Source: Octopus vulgaris
Lineage: Eukaryota
Direction: 5' to 3'
DNA: 64,000 nt
Assembly: GCA_951406725.2 (NCBI GenBank)
Contig: OX597827.1
Location: forward strand, 62,310,001 to 62,374,000
Shown here: in pieces, positions 28,961 through 42,957 of the stretch
How positions within the stretch are numbered: the first letter of the stretch is position 1
How the letters are laid out: each line of letters starts with the position of its first letter
Notes under the pieces: generated by a model
Seen by the model: the letters and a program-made list of their open reading frames with translations, nothing else
Database searches by the model: none
Told to the model about the DNA's origin: nothing
Program-made: the position numbers and the translations under genes

Positions 28961-29088
28961 GTTGCTTTTGGTGTTGACGGTTAGCGATTTGCTTTTAATG
29001 GTTTGATGGTGGCGTTAGTGATGTTCCTTAGTGTTTATAAACGTTGCTGCAGCAGCTGTGATGGCGGTTGTGGTGGTGGTGGTGGTGG

Positions 29089-29515
<427 letters not shown>

Positions 29516-29732
29516 AGCGACAAAATCAATATGAACAAAACCGGGCAACGATCCAACACTTTAACGATCTGGAAATCTGCAACTTTTTAAGCTTTAACAA
29601 ATTGGTTAAGCTAATTAATCATATAATCGAATAAATTTATGATTGGAATGTATTGGAATTTTTTTGTTTTATATACGCAATGAGCGTTGGTGGAAGCAAA
29701 AACATTTAACGACAGCACGTTCACTGTATAAC

Positions 29733-29781
29733 CATCATCGTCGTCGTCATCATCACCATCCATCATCCATCATCAATAATC

Positions 29782-29826
<45 letters not shown>

Positions 29827-29827
29827 G

Positions 29828-29859
<32 letters not shown>

Positions 29860-29873
29860 GTCATCCACCATCG

Positions 29874-29906
<33 letters not shown>

Positions 29907-29954
29907 ACATCATCATCATCATCATCATCATCATCGTCGTCGTCGTCGTCGTCG

Positions 29955-30024
<70 letters not shown>

Positions 30025-30113
30025 TTATCATCGTCATCATCATCGTCATCATCGTCATCATCATCATCATCATCATCATCCATCATCATCATCATCATCA
30101 TCATCATCGTCAC

Positions 30114-30146
<33 letters not shown>

Positions 30147-30197
30147 TTATCATCATCACCATCGTCAGCTTCATCATCATCATCATCATCATCCATT

Positions 30198-30234
<37 letters not shown>

Positions 30235-30375
30235 CCACCACCACCACCACCAACACCCTCACCATTATCATTATTATCGTCATCTCGGCCGCCATCACCA
30301 CCATCACTGACACCGCCATCGCCCCCGCCCCCGCCCCTTCATCATCATCATCATCATCGTCACCATCGTCATAAT
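29733..30375. repeat. (CAT)n microsatellite
   Basis: Direct inspection. Confidence 0.95.
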
Positions 30376-30591
30376 GACGATCATAATAATTACTACGATC
30401 ACCACTTCCACTAACATCACTTCCACCCCTCCCATCTTCACCATCGTCACTACCCCAATCTTGTCGACATCATGAATAAGTCATCATGAATAAGTCCTGG
30501 GGTCGATTTGTTGCACTAAAGGCGGTGCTCCAGCATGGCCGCAGTCAAATGACTGAAACAAGTAAAAGAATGTATATATATATATATTCTA

Positions 30592-30855
30592 TGCGTGTTG
30601 TGTTCTTGAGCAAGACACTTTATTTCACGTTGCTCCAGTTCACTCAGCTGTAGAAATGAGTTGCGACGTCACAGGTGCCAAGCTGTATCGACCTTTGTCT
30701 TTCCCTTGGATAAACACTGGTGGCGTGGAGAGGGGAGGCTGGTATGCATGGGCGACTGCTGGTCTTCCATAAACAACTTTGCCCGGACTTGTGTCTAGGA
30801 GGGTAACTTTCTAGGTGCAATCCCATGGTCATTCATGACCGAAGGGGGTCTTTAA
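30592..30855 (+). mobile_element. SINE family D body (5' truncated)
   Basis: Starts tgcgtgttgtgttcttgagcaagacact, which continues the tRNA-like head at 63907-64000. Confidence 0.75.
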
Positions 30856-31066
30856 TTACAAGCATAATTATAATTAGTGTTCAGCAAAATTGCTTCACCA
30901 CAAACCGAAATTTAGAAATAGCAGTTAAAATACTATTCCACTGCCATAAGGTATCTTATAAGATTTCTGTATAAGGTTACTGATAATGGTTCTTTTAACA
31001 TACCAGACTACTTGGTAAAATTATTAATTATTAATTGATTAATTAATTTTTCCCTTTATTATATAT

Positions 31067-31138
<72 letters not shown>

Positions 31139-31171
31139 GTAAAATAATATGTGACAATTATTCGGTAACCA

Positions 31172-31234
31172 AGATAAAACTCTGAGTTTCGGATGCCGAG
31201 GTGGAAATCCACACTACCATCTCTTCGGTTATCT
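31172..31234 (-). ncRNA. Hammerhead-like motif (CCGAAGA core) in a ~235-bp insert between (AT)n tracts
   Basis: Minus strand agataa-CCGAAGA-gatg...catc(c)-GAAA-ctc(a)gag-TT-ttatct; 6-bp helix I is perfect. Confidence 0.6.
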
Positions 31235-31367
31235 GGCTATCCTTTCATAGAATAAGCTATGTAATAGGCGTCCATATTAAATTCTTCTCTGTGTTAGAGT
31301 CCTCAACCGATGTCTGGCGATTATCCAAAAAAGCCGTATTAGCTCTTTTGTTATCTAACCGTTTTTA

Positions 31368-31428
<61 letters not shown>

Positions 31429-31431
31429 TCT

Positions 31432-31850
31432 TGACTCAGAGCAGCACTACCTCCTACAAGCACTTGATGTAGGCCATCGTGTTGAGGCCGAGTCGTGTGG
31501 GAAGATGAATGGATGCATAACGTTGCCATCACTAATGACCACTCCGAACACTATGATGTTGACTGGCTGTTTGATTTTTATCCCTCTCGGTACATGTCCT
31601 CAGATTGCATTGTCCTCACATCGACACCCAAATTCTTCGAAATGTTCGTATTGGAGCTTCCGGCGCGAATGGCGATTAGCACAGCATGTCGTTTCCAAAT
31701 TTCTGGCGGAATGAATTGCGTCATTGTGCTGTTTTTCTCACACACGGTGCCCAACTGACCCTACTATAATGTATAGTCAACAAAAATCAAAAACAAACAA
31801 GGCGCATGCACGAAATTAAACTATAAAATGGCGACAATTTCCCCTTCCTG
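31432..31850 (-). mobile_element. Internally deleted maT/DD37D-like transposon
   Basis: Minus strand ta|caggaagggg terminus, N-terminus MTQFIPPEIWKRHAVLIAIRAG...ISKNLGVDVRT, then KQPVNIIVFGVVISDGNVMHPFIFP...YIKCL.EVVL. Confidence 0.7.
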
Positions 31851-32101
31851 TATATATATATATATATATATATAATCTAGTGGCTCTGCTTCGGCAAGAG
31901 TTGCAGCTAGGTTTTCAAGCTGAGAGAATGTAAACTGTTTGACATTTTCCCCTTTATCTTCTCTTTCTCTCTGCTCCCTGTCAAATGATTGAATCCGAAA
32001 CTTTGGATATTCCTCTCCTCACGGCAAGTACACTGTACCCCTTTCACTTTATACATACATACATGCATTTATATATACATACATATATATATATACATAC
32101 A

Positions 32102-32163
<62 letters not shown>

Positions 32164-32164
<1 letters not shown>

Positions 32165-32627
32165 GTTGTATACTGTCAATCTAACAAGAACGTGACAGTA
32201 GGGGGTACACTACCGCTGTATAGCCCTAGGAAGCATCGAACGCCTCCTGATGGCTTTGACACATTTTTCTCTGTGTCCTTATATACATTTACGAAGGGGA
32301 GACAAACACCCCCGGCTGCCGAAACTGCATCTAGGGACACGTGTTTCAGGATCGTTGTCCTTCATCGGCCTAGAGTAGCAGACACCGGTCAACCGGTGAT
32401 ATTTGTCTCGACTTCGCAATTGTATATATCTATATTCAGTGAAGTCTATTCACTGATTATCAAAATAAGAAATATTGAATTTCTAAATCTCTCGTAGAGA
32501 CATGTACGGTGGTGTGGCGATAGAATGGTTGTATACTGTCAATCTAACAAGAACGTGACAGTAGGGGGTACACCACCGCTGTATAGCCCTAGGAAGCATC
32601 GAACACCTCCTGATGGCTTTGACACAT
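32164..32627 (-). mobile_element. Candidate non-LTR retrozyme: 363-bp unit, about 1.28 copies
   Basis: 32164-32264 repeated at 32527-32627 (2 mismatches); HHR within the unit. Confidence 0.75.
32330..32374 (-). ncRNA. Minimal type-I hammerhead ribozyme motif (U4C core variant)
   Basis: Minus strand tctagg-CCGATGA-agga(caacga)tcct-GAAA-cacgtg-TC-cctaga: perfect helix I (6 bp) and helix II (4 bp), palindromic helix III, GUC triplet. Confidence 0.8.
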
Positions 32628-32639
32628 ATATATATATAT

Positions 32640-32809
32640 GGGGAGAATTCACACACACAAAAAAAAATACAACAAAAGACGAAGACAGGTGGTGTAGACA
32701 ACAAACAGATGTAGTAGTATAACGCTCGGGAAGTGAAAACTCTCGGGAACACAGAAAGAAACAAGGAGAGAAAATAAAGTATGTTTAGTGGCTAGCGATC
32801 TATCATGGC

Positions 32810-32871
<62 letters not shown>

Positions 32872-33054
32872 ATATTGACCGACAAGTCCCCAAATTTTTT
32901 TTATTATTTTCTGTTTATTTCCTCGCGTTCCATTCTGTTGAGGAGCGTAGGGTCTAAAAGTAAAACACTTTCTCATCTTCCCGAGCATCAAAGTAATACA
33001 CCTGCTTGTTGTTTATACACTTGTCTTCGTCTTTCGTTTTTCTGTAAATTTCAA

Positions 33055-33055
<1 letters not shown>
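32640..33055. repeat. Two oppositely oriented copies of a short PLE-terminus-like repeat (related copies at about 38335-38530 and 42015-42225)
   Basis: Shared aaaagacgaagacag...acaa(a/g)cag(a/g)tgtatta...acgctcgggaa; degenerate HHR remnant near 32935-32965. Confidence 0.6.
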
Positions 33056-33112
<57 letters not shown>

Positions 33113-34060
33113 GATATAAATAATATATAGATATATGCATATGTGTACACATCTACATATATATGTACATATACATGCATGTATGGGTACAGGACATCAA
33201 TGAAAAAAACAAACGGAGAAACGAGACATGCAACACAAGGAATATTTCCCTTCTTCTGTTGTCCCTGTTTCATCTACACCACTTTCAAAGGCAAGGACAA
33301 TACGTGACTTTGTTGAAACAGTCCTTCCCGCAAAGCAAATTAAATAAAATTTGGGATTTTTTGCGGATGGTGTAAGTGGTAACAAGAAGAGCACAGTGAG
33401 AACAAGACAGTAAAAACAAACTGTGAGGGCTGTTGAACCAAGACGAGAGAAAAATTATTATGTAAGACGAGCTTATGAAGGAAACAGTATAAGCAAGTTT
33501 GTCTTTACAAATGTAGTGGGCAGAAAGATATATTCTCTTTCATCACATGTCAGCGACGAGAGAGTCGAGGAGGAGGAGTGATAATGAGGGGGAACGGTGA
33601 AGAGGAGAGGAGAAGAATGGGGAAGGTTGGGAGAGAAAAGCAGAAAGGATGAAGAACAAGAGAAGGAGAGATATAGACAGAGAAGAGATAGTAAAGATAG
33701 AAAAGTGAAGTGATGGGTTGTATCTTCCTCTTAGCTGCATATCAATTTGTGAGGGTGATGGTTGAGTCCTTGAGATTGTCTTCTCTTCTCATTTGCAGCC
33801 GTTGTTATTGAATGTACGTATTGGAGTGGTTTCTCTCAAAGCACAGTCAATGGCAATAAATCAATGTCTTTTGTTGTATAGTATTTATATACGTTTGGTC
33901 GTTGTCCAAATTTATGCTGCTGTTTACTCTGAGTAGTTCCTCATAGCATAGTTTAATATATGTGTATATAAACATTTATTCATATTATTGCGCACATATT
34001 TATAATAACGATCATAATAACGATGGTAATTATGATGATAATGATAATAATTATGATAGA

Positions 34061-34100
<40 letters not shown>

Positions 34101-35215
34101 GTCAATATGGAGCAAGTAGACATGACGTGCGTTAAGAAATTTTCATTAATTTTAATTACATACATAGACAACAACACACAACGCCCAGAGTATACATACA
34201 TACATACATACATACATACATACATACATACATACATACATACATACATACATACATACATACATACATACATACATAAAAGCATGCATACTCACACACA
34301 TATACACATACACATATATAGATATATACATACGAACACATACATGAATAGATAATATACACACATATATATGTATATATACATACACACACATATACAT
34401 ATACACACCCACTCACATATATATGTATCTATATATATATATATATGTCTGTGTATATATAGACATATATATGTATGCTTATATATACATATATGTATAT
34501 GTTTATATGCATATGCGTATATACACACACACATATATACATACATATATATATATAGCAATTTATAAATACATACATATATAGATGTATATATATATAT
34601 ATGTGTGTGTGTGCGTGTGTGTGTATTTGTTTGTGCACATACACACACTCACTCATATATATATGCATATATATATATATATATATATAGCATATTTTAA
34701 TATATATATGTATATATATATATATGGTGTGTGTGTGTTTATATATCAACAAGTATTTATATAGCTGTCTATCTGTACACACATTCTCACACGCGTGCAG
34801 ACAAGACAGAGACACACACACGCACAGATTCACATCATATGTATGTATATACCCCCATATACGGCCATGGGTGTGAATGTAAAAGAGATTGCCATTACAT
34901 ACCTAATTACATACATATATTCATATGATGTAAACAATTACATTCATATATGTAGGTAGGTATAGGTGCGTGTATATACATACAATACAAATTCTATGTA
35001 CATAGACACACATATTGACATATACATATACATATATATATTTGCACATATATGCACATGCATAAACATAAATATACGTATATATTATATACATACACAC
35101 ACTGTACTACATACATATATGTAGGTAGGTAGGTATTTACACATAAATGCATACATATATACATACATACATGCATATACACACTCACTTCTTTATGTAT
35201 ATTCATATACTTGCT

Positions 35216-35274
<59 letters not shown>

Positions 35275-35433
35275 ATATATATATGTATATATACATATAG
35301 GTGTGTGTGTGTATGAAAGGTATGAAGTAAAATACGGCATATATATTTTCATTAAACACGCTGGTCAATAAAGGGTGCATAAATGTTTAAAAAAGTCCAT
35401 AGTTGTTTGGTGTTCCATTGTATACAATGAATC

Positions 35434-35561
<128 letters not shown>

Positions 35562-35624
35562 CCTAATTGTCTGTCTGTCTACCAATCAATCAATCAGTCT
35601 CTCTCCCTCTCTGTACTTGTAATT

Positions 35625-35792
35625 TAAAGGGCCGGTCTTGTTTTATTCCGTGTCATGAACCTCCCTGGCAACTACGCTAAAGGTACACGTGTCTGTGGAG
35701 TGCTCAGCCACTCGCACATTAATTTCACAAGCAGTCTTTCCAGTTGGTCGGATCAACTGGAATCCGCGTTATCCTAATCACCGCAGTGCCAG
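35625..35792 (-). mobile_element. SINE 3' tail fragment (related plus-strand copy at about 42440-42610)
   Basis: Shared ttccagttgatccga...gtgaaatt...gtgc(a/g)agtgg...gagcactc...acgtagttgcca. Confidence 0.65.
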
Positions 35793-35949
35793 TGGGTTTT
35801 ATGTTTACGTATATTTATGACTCAGTCAGTGTAGAGAATTGAATGTATCTAAAACTTGTGTTACGATTGAGTCAGTTAAACCGAAAATCTTAAGCTTTCT
35901 TTTGTTGACTGTGATCTAGCCAATTCTTTCTAATCAACTTCTGAACATT

Positions 35950-36600
35950 CTGTTTAGATACTCCTTGATCTATTCCACTGGTGATCATTTTTCGATTTGC
36001 CCGTTGATCCTGTCAAAAAGTGTGTTCTCTCTTTCGTACTGTTTGTCTCTACTACAACTGCAACATGACTCATTGACCCAATTTTCTGACTTTGCCGATG
36101 TCACGCAGGTGTCGACGAATGGTTGAATGACCAAATCCGAGCTTCTGTGCTATTTCCACAACAGTCACGATGGGATTTTGCTCAACCAGAGTCTTCATGT
36201 CATCCTCGTCGAGCTCTACAGATCTTCGAAGACGAGGCTCGTCTTTTAGACTGTAGTTCCCGACTCGGAATTTCTGGAAGTACCATTGACAATGGCTTAC
36301 ACGTATTATCCGATCCCCATATACCGCATTAATATTCCTCGCACTTTCCGTTGAGTTGTTACCTATTTTGAACCCATAAAGCAAAATATGCCAAATATGC
36401 TCTTTTGTCACTTCCATTATAGCTTTGAAAAAATAACTGTTAAAATCGAACTGCGCTCTTCAAAATTTGCACTAAGAATAAGTACAAGATAAAATGACTA
36501 CCTGCTTCTATAGCAAGTTGATGCAAGTGGTTTATCCCATCCCCCTCCGACTTTTAGTTCATGCAATTGAAAAAACCACATTATTTATGGGTTGACCCAA
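35950..36600 (-). mobile_element. mariner 5' half
   Basis: ORF 36070-36417 MEVTKEHIWHILLYGFKIGNNSTESARNINAVYG...FQKFRVGNYSLKDEPR...; TIR ta|ttgggtcaacccataaataatg at about 36600. Confidence 0.9.
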
Positions 36601-37118
36601 TACTTAACATTAACTAATAGTTTTGACAACTGTACCCTGCTCACCCTCTCAATGTTTCATGTCTAGACCCCACCACATACACACTAGATTTCTGCACTAG
36701 TCTATAAACAGCCAGAATAAAATTGTAATGTCTTCAAACAAAATATTCTCAGAAGACAAAATACAACCTTTGAAAAACTACCGCTCAAACGCTTCTTGTC
36801 ATATATACGTTCGACTGTGCAATAATCCATTGATTAGTTCGTTCGCCTTTTGCTCGAGATCAAAGATGCAAAAAATGTGATTGCTCACGATTGCATGTAA
36901 TTACAAAAGAAAGAGCGAAAAAATAATCAATAAATAAAATAAATAAATAAAGTAAAATAAAATAAAGCCATTTATTGAAGTCAGGTGGTTAAAATAGAGT
37001 TGCACTTGCGCAGATCTGATGTGACCGAAACCTGATTTTCTGAATGTTATGGAATAAAATAAGTGATCAATGGCGCATAAGTGTAATTGATAAACGACAA
37101 ACGCAAACAAATCACACA

Positions 37119-37172
<54 letters not shown>

Positions 37173-37174
37173 AT

Positions 37175-37237
<63 letters not shown>

Positions 37238-37309
37238 CACACAATTGACTGGGCACTAAGTTTTACCTGACGCTTTATCTTCTCTATCCACCACAAGCTC
37301 TAGGTTTTG

Positions 37310-37570
37310 TGTCGGTTTGGTGGTTTGTATGCCTAAATGATCCTGAGAGCTATGCCAACTGAAGCACAAGCCTCTGTAAGGGCTTTCAAATTCTGGTCAG
37401 GTCAAATAATAGAGGCCACACTAAACTAATAGAAACCTCGTCTTTCCAGAGATAAAATTGGTTTGCGCAGGGCGAACATTCCTACCTAGAAAAATACTAA
37501 GTTACAGAACCATCAATGACAATTCAGAACCAACAAGACCTGGGAGGGTTAGGTCTTCCTCCCAGAAATG
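37310..37570 (+). mobile_element. Possible decayed RTE-like 5' UTR
   Basis: ggtttgtatgcctaaatgatcctgagagctatgc...caggtc...gcagggcgaacattcctacctagaaaa recalls RTE/Expander 5' ends; recognition only. Confidence 0.3.
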
Positions 37571-37849
37571 AAATGGGGGTCCAGAATCAGGAGCTGTAAG
37601 AACCTTCTGTCTATAAATGTTCTAAATCTACACAGCCTTGTTTTTTTTTTTATCTCATTACGAAAAAATCTTTTATATACACACGCTGACATATGACCTT
37701 CGTTGAACCCCTTATTCTCATAATCACCGAACCTGGAACTTAACTATGGTCTATCTGTAGCACTTATTCAGCATTACCTGACACCTTTGGGTCTCAATGA
37801 CACCATTACCTCTCATAACTTCCTATATATGTATGAATGTATGTATATC

Positions 37850-38059
37850 TTTTATCTTTTATCTTTTATCTTTTACTTGTTTCAGTCATTTGACTGCGGC
37901 CATGCTGGAGCACCGCCTTTAGTCGAGCAAATCGACCCCGGGACTTATTCTTTGTAAGCCCAGTACTTATTCTATCGGTCTCTTTTGCCGAACCGCTAAG
38001 TGACGGGGACGTAAACACACCAGCATCGGTTGTCAAGCAATGCTAAGGGGACAAACAAA

Positions 38060-38105
<46 letters not shown>

Positions 38106-38271
38106 CATATATACGACAGGCTTCTTTCAGTTTCCGTCAACCAAATCCACTCACAAGGCATTGGTCGGCCCTAGGCTATAGCAGAAGACACTTGCCCAAG
38201 ATGCCACGCAGTGGGACTGAACCCGGAACCATGTGGTTGGTTAGCAAGCTACTTACCACACAGCCACTCCT
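37850..38271 (-). mobile_element. SINE family A, well-preserved copy
   Basis: Nearly identical to the reverse complement of 53384-53805. Confidence 0.92.
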
Positions 38272-38423
38272 GTATATATATATACATGTGTTTCTCTTTC
38301 TCACCCCCTCTCTCTCTACACACACACACATATCGGCCAAATGTACAGAAAACAAGTGACATAGATAGGTGCAGGAACAACAAGCAGATGTATTAGTTTG
38401 ACGCTCGGGAAAAATGGAAATGT

Positions 38424-38459
38424 CTTTGACGTTTCGAGCCGACGCTCTTCGACAGAAAG
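38424..38459 (-). ncRNA. Minimal hammerhead-like motif (CTGTCGA core)
   Basis: Minus strand cttt-CTGTCGA-a-gagc(gtcg)gctc-GAAA-cg-TC-aaag. Confidence 0.55.
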
Positions 38460-39124
38460 GGATAAGAGGTAAACAAATGGAGAAAGAAGAAAAAACGGCG
38501 AGCGAAAGAAATGTGTCATGATCAACAGTTTCAAATATTGAAATATATATATATATGTAAATCAAGTATAAATGCGCACGTGCGTAAAACGTGCGCATAT
38601 GTATGCGGACGATAATATTTTCCACCGAGACTTTACAACTATGACTCATTTTTCAAGTGCTTCAATTCTGTGTATGTGCACATATATATATTTGATTGCT
38701 GACATTTATCTGTAGCCCTCCTATAGATTTTGTGCACCATTATTAATAAAACTGTTGACATTTTTGACTACACGGGAACACTAGTAATCATGAAATAATT
38801 CCACTTTAAATACTTTAAAGTAAAATACCTTATATCCTTATATCCACTATTCAATGTGCTTCATCGTATTGTATTTGCTTAAGAAAAAATGTTTTGTGTC
38901 TGTATGTGTTTATCTTATGTGTATGTTGTGTATATAAGAATATATATACATTAAGATACATACATACATATGTATATAATATATATATATGTATATATAC
39001 ATATGTGTGTATGAATCTATGTATGTATATGTATGTATAACGTATATGTATAAACATGTGAATATGTATATATATACATACATATACATACATACACATA
39101 TACACTCACACATATTTATGTATG

Positions 39125-39175
<51 letters not shown>

Positions 39176-39307
39176 ATGTGTATAAGCCTAATTTTGTATA
39201 TTTTATGACTGAATATACATATTATCCAATTTCAATAAACCTGCCTGCCTCGTGTGTATATTGTGTATACAAATGTATATATATATGTATATGCGCGCGT
39301 GTGTGTG

Positions 39308-39349
<42 letters not shown>

Positions 39350-39887
39350 TGTATACATATATATACTCGTGTCTAAGTATGGGTGTCTATTGTATGTATA
39401 TGTATATGCATCTATACTTTCATTCATTCATACATACATACATACATACATACATACATACATACATACATACATACATACTTACGTATATATAATTTTA
39501 TATGCTGATAGGTTTGATAACGATATATTTTTTATGACATAGTCTACATACCTTTCAATTTCAATGTACATGTATATGCAGGTGTTTTTAAATACATTAT
39601 CTATGTATTCGTTACTTATAATACCAACATGATACCTTCGACATTAATATAGTTTAATTTATTCAATGCATAATTTAATACAAAATACACTATCCAATAG
39701 CAATATACATCACGTTGAGATACGTAGTACACATAAATTGATGACGAAGTAATTTTACGTTTATGGTTCTGTTTTATTGTTGATTATGATTTTGTCGGTT
39801 AATTTTAAGGCACGATGCTAAAACGAGGCTGTGACATTGATTAATGTATAATATATATCTTGTATTTCATTGTATTTTAATACGCGA

Positions 39888-39942
<55 letters not shown>

Positions 39943-40015
39943 ATTAGGGAGTAAATCCAAACTTACAGGGAGAAGTTAGATTTAGGATAAATAATATATA
40001 TATATATATATATAT

Positions 40016-41917
40016 AGTAAGGAAAAATTTTTTTAAAAATGCAGAATGCTCAAATGAAAGAAAATTTTAATAAAATGAGAAAATGATAAAATATATAAAT
40101 ATATATATTTATTCAACCGGTTTTCGTCAATGTATGACTTGTCAAGAATATTTATGTTTTAAGAAGTTTTTTAAAAATTAGAAAGGGGAAAAAAAGAAAA
40201 TTGCAATGTTTTTTGTAAAAGAATAATGATAAAAATGTACAAAAATTAAAAAATAAGTTCTCCGATACATTGTGAGTTCGTTGTGTATCTTGAGTTTTAT
40301 GGTTGTTTACCAAAAAATTACCTTGAGGTGTTAAGATCCAAAGGGATTAAGAGCATGTGATGTGTTGTGTTGTTAAATTCAGCATGTTGCAGGACAGGAA
40401 GTAGTAGTAATTGTGGTCCTGGTTCTTCAGTTCCTGTGTTGTGAGTAAGGGGAGACAACTCTTTTGAGTTCTTCAATCAAACCCAAATTATAAAACTATC
40501 ATTTTAGCTTCATTTGCATTATCTTTTTTATATAATTGCTTGTTAACTTAACTTTCAGATTTTAACACTTTATTTATATTATTTTCTAATAATATAAAAC
40601 TGCATAGACAATTGCATTTCAAATTGTCATATCATTTATAATAAAAATGATAGTAGTAACAACAACAATAGTGAAAATGATATTTAAAGAATATAAGTTT
40701 TAGCTTGAAGTGGTGAATGCATGGTATCTTTATATATTTGTGTTAGTCCATCCATGAAGAGTGAGGTAGAGAAAGGAAGTTTGATCAACGAGGAGTTTGC
40801 ATATTAAGTTGTGTTTGGAATTTTTCAATAAAGAGATTCTCCTTGTTAATTCTCTCCTGTGTGGTGATCCCGTCTTTACATTGGTAGAAGGGGAATATAT
40901 GTGGGACAAACGAGTCTCCCGTTACGTAAACGAGTAACGGTGCATAAAGAACAAATAAATCTCCCGGAATACCGACAAATTCCACTGAGTGACCACTTAG
41001 ACTCATGTGCTAAAGACTTAAACCCCAAATTCTATATATTCCCATTCTACCAATGTAAAGACGGGATCACCACACAGGAGAGAATTAACAAGGAGAATCT
41101 CTTTATTGAAAAATTCCAAACACAACTTAATATGCAAACTCCTCGTTGATCAAACTTCCTTTCTCTACCTCACTCTTCATGGATGGACTAACACAAATAT
41201 ATAAAGATACCATGCATTCACCACTTCAAGCTAAAACTTATATTCTTTAAATATCATTTTCACTATTGTTGTTGTTACTACTATCATTTTTATTATAAAT
41301 GATATGACAATTTGAAATGCAATTGTCTATGCAGTTTTATATTATTAGAAAATAATATAAATAAAGTGTTAAAATCTGAAAGTTAAGTTAACAAGCAATT
41401 ATATAAAAAAGATAATGCAAATGAAGCTAAAATGATAGTTTTATAATTTGGGTTTGATTGAAGAACTCAAAAGAGTTGTCTCCCCTTACTCACAACACAG
41501 GAACTGAAGAACCAGGACCACAATTACTACTACTTCCTGTCCTGCAACATGCTGAATTTAACAACACAACACATCACATGCTCTTAATCCCTTTGGATCT
41601 TAACACCTCAAGGTAATTTTTTGGTAAACAACCATAAAACTCAAGATACACAACGAACTCACAATGTATCGGAGAACTTATTTTTTAATTTTTGTACATT
41701 TTTATCATTATTCTTTTACAAAAAACATTGCAATTTTCTTTTTTTCCCCTTTCTAATTTTTAAAAAACTTCTTAAAACATAAATATTCTTGACAAGTCAT
41801 ACATTGACGAAAACCGGTTGAATAAATATATATATTTATATATTTTATCATTTTCTCATTTTATTAAAATTTTCTTTCATTTGAGCATTCTGCATTTTTA
41901 AAAAAATTTTCCTTACT
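40016..41917 (+). mobile_element. Penelope-like element 3' end preceded by its own inverted copy (about 885-bp arms, 133-bp spacer)
   Basis: 40016-40900 is the near-perfect reverse complement of 41034-41917; plus strand encodes the GIY-YIG C-half YVGQTSLPLRKRVTVHKEQI...HLDSC...IFPFYQ...ERINKENLFIEKFQTQLN (stop 41149). Confidence 0.93.
41784..41824 (+). ncRNA. Hammerhead-like motif (U3-A8 core) in PLE 3' UTR; mirror copy at about 40110-40150
   Basis: tattc-TTGACAA-gtca(tacat)tgac-GAAA-accggt-t-gaata; register at the cleavage triplet is off by one base. Confidence 0.55.
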
Positions 41918-41962
41918 TATCATTTCTCCACGTGCGGTCAACACAACCCCACCATTTATTGA

Positions 41963-42020
<58 letters not shown>

Positions 42021-42117
42021 TAATCCAAACAAGAAAGCACAAAAAAACACAACAACGCGAGGACGTGGAACAAATATAGAATTTATTGGACGCTCAGGAA
42101 AGAAGGAAAGAAGGAGG

Positions 42118-42152
42118 GTTTAAGGTTTCGAGCGGAGTTCTTCGTCGGAAAC
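42118..42152 (-). ncRNA. Degenerate minimal hammerhead-like motif (CCGACGA core)
   Basis: Minus strand gttt-CCGACGA-a-gaac(tcc)gctc-GAAA-cc-TT-aaac. Confidence 0.45.
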
Positions 42153-42957
42153 ATAGGAGAAGGAAAGATCCAGAGAAGGGAAGACAGAGGGAAAAAATCG
42201 CCAACGGTACACACGAGGTCACATATATGAATTTATAAATATAAATTAATAATTTTAAATTTTTAACTTTAAATTTAAATAATTTAAATTTTGAATTTTA
42301 TATTTTATATATTTTGTATTTTAAATGAATTAATTTTATTTCTATGTTTTGGTTTATGTTTTTCACTGTTTGATTTGCCTAATAGTGGTTTTATCTCTAA
42401 TTTAATTTATATATATATATATGTCTTCGCGTATTAGGGTATTCCGTCGGTTACAACACCGAGTGTTCCAGTTGATCCGATTAACGGTACAGCGTGCTCG
42501 TGAAATTTTCGTGCAAGTGGTTGGTTGAGCACTCTGTAGACATGCGTAACGTTAACGTAGTTGCCAAGGAGATTCAGCGTGATACAGAATATTGACAGTG
42601 TTTTGGTCGTTCAGTTCAAAGAGAAACGACAATAGTTGGCTTATCCGTACACTTGAAGCTATATTTCTATAGACAAAGCGAATATTTGCCGCTTTAACTT
42701 CTGAAGAAACCCTTTCAGATCTATAGAGCATGTAATGACCGTGATGGGCCCCATCTAAACTTGTTTTAAAGGGTATAATCGTTATGAATTTAACCACTAT
42801 GTATAAGGTACTCACCATAGAAAGATACAAAAAGTTCCTAATGAGAATGTAAAAATATGTGGTTATTGTACAGATAGTATTGAAAAAGTACTCGCCAAGT
42901 GATCATGTTAAAAATGCGAGAGGATTTTCTTTCCAACTTCATACATTATATTTCAAT

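Noticed and set aside
40785-41006. Second gene on the minus strand ending in the same peptide as 40901-41149
   Set aside because: By-product of the inverted duplication.
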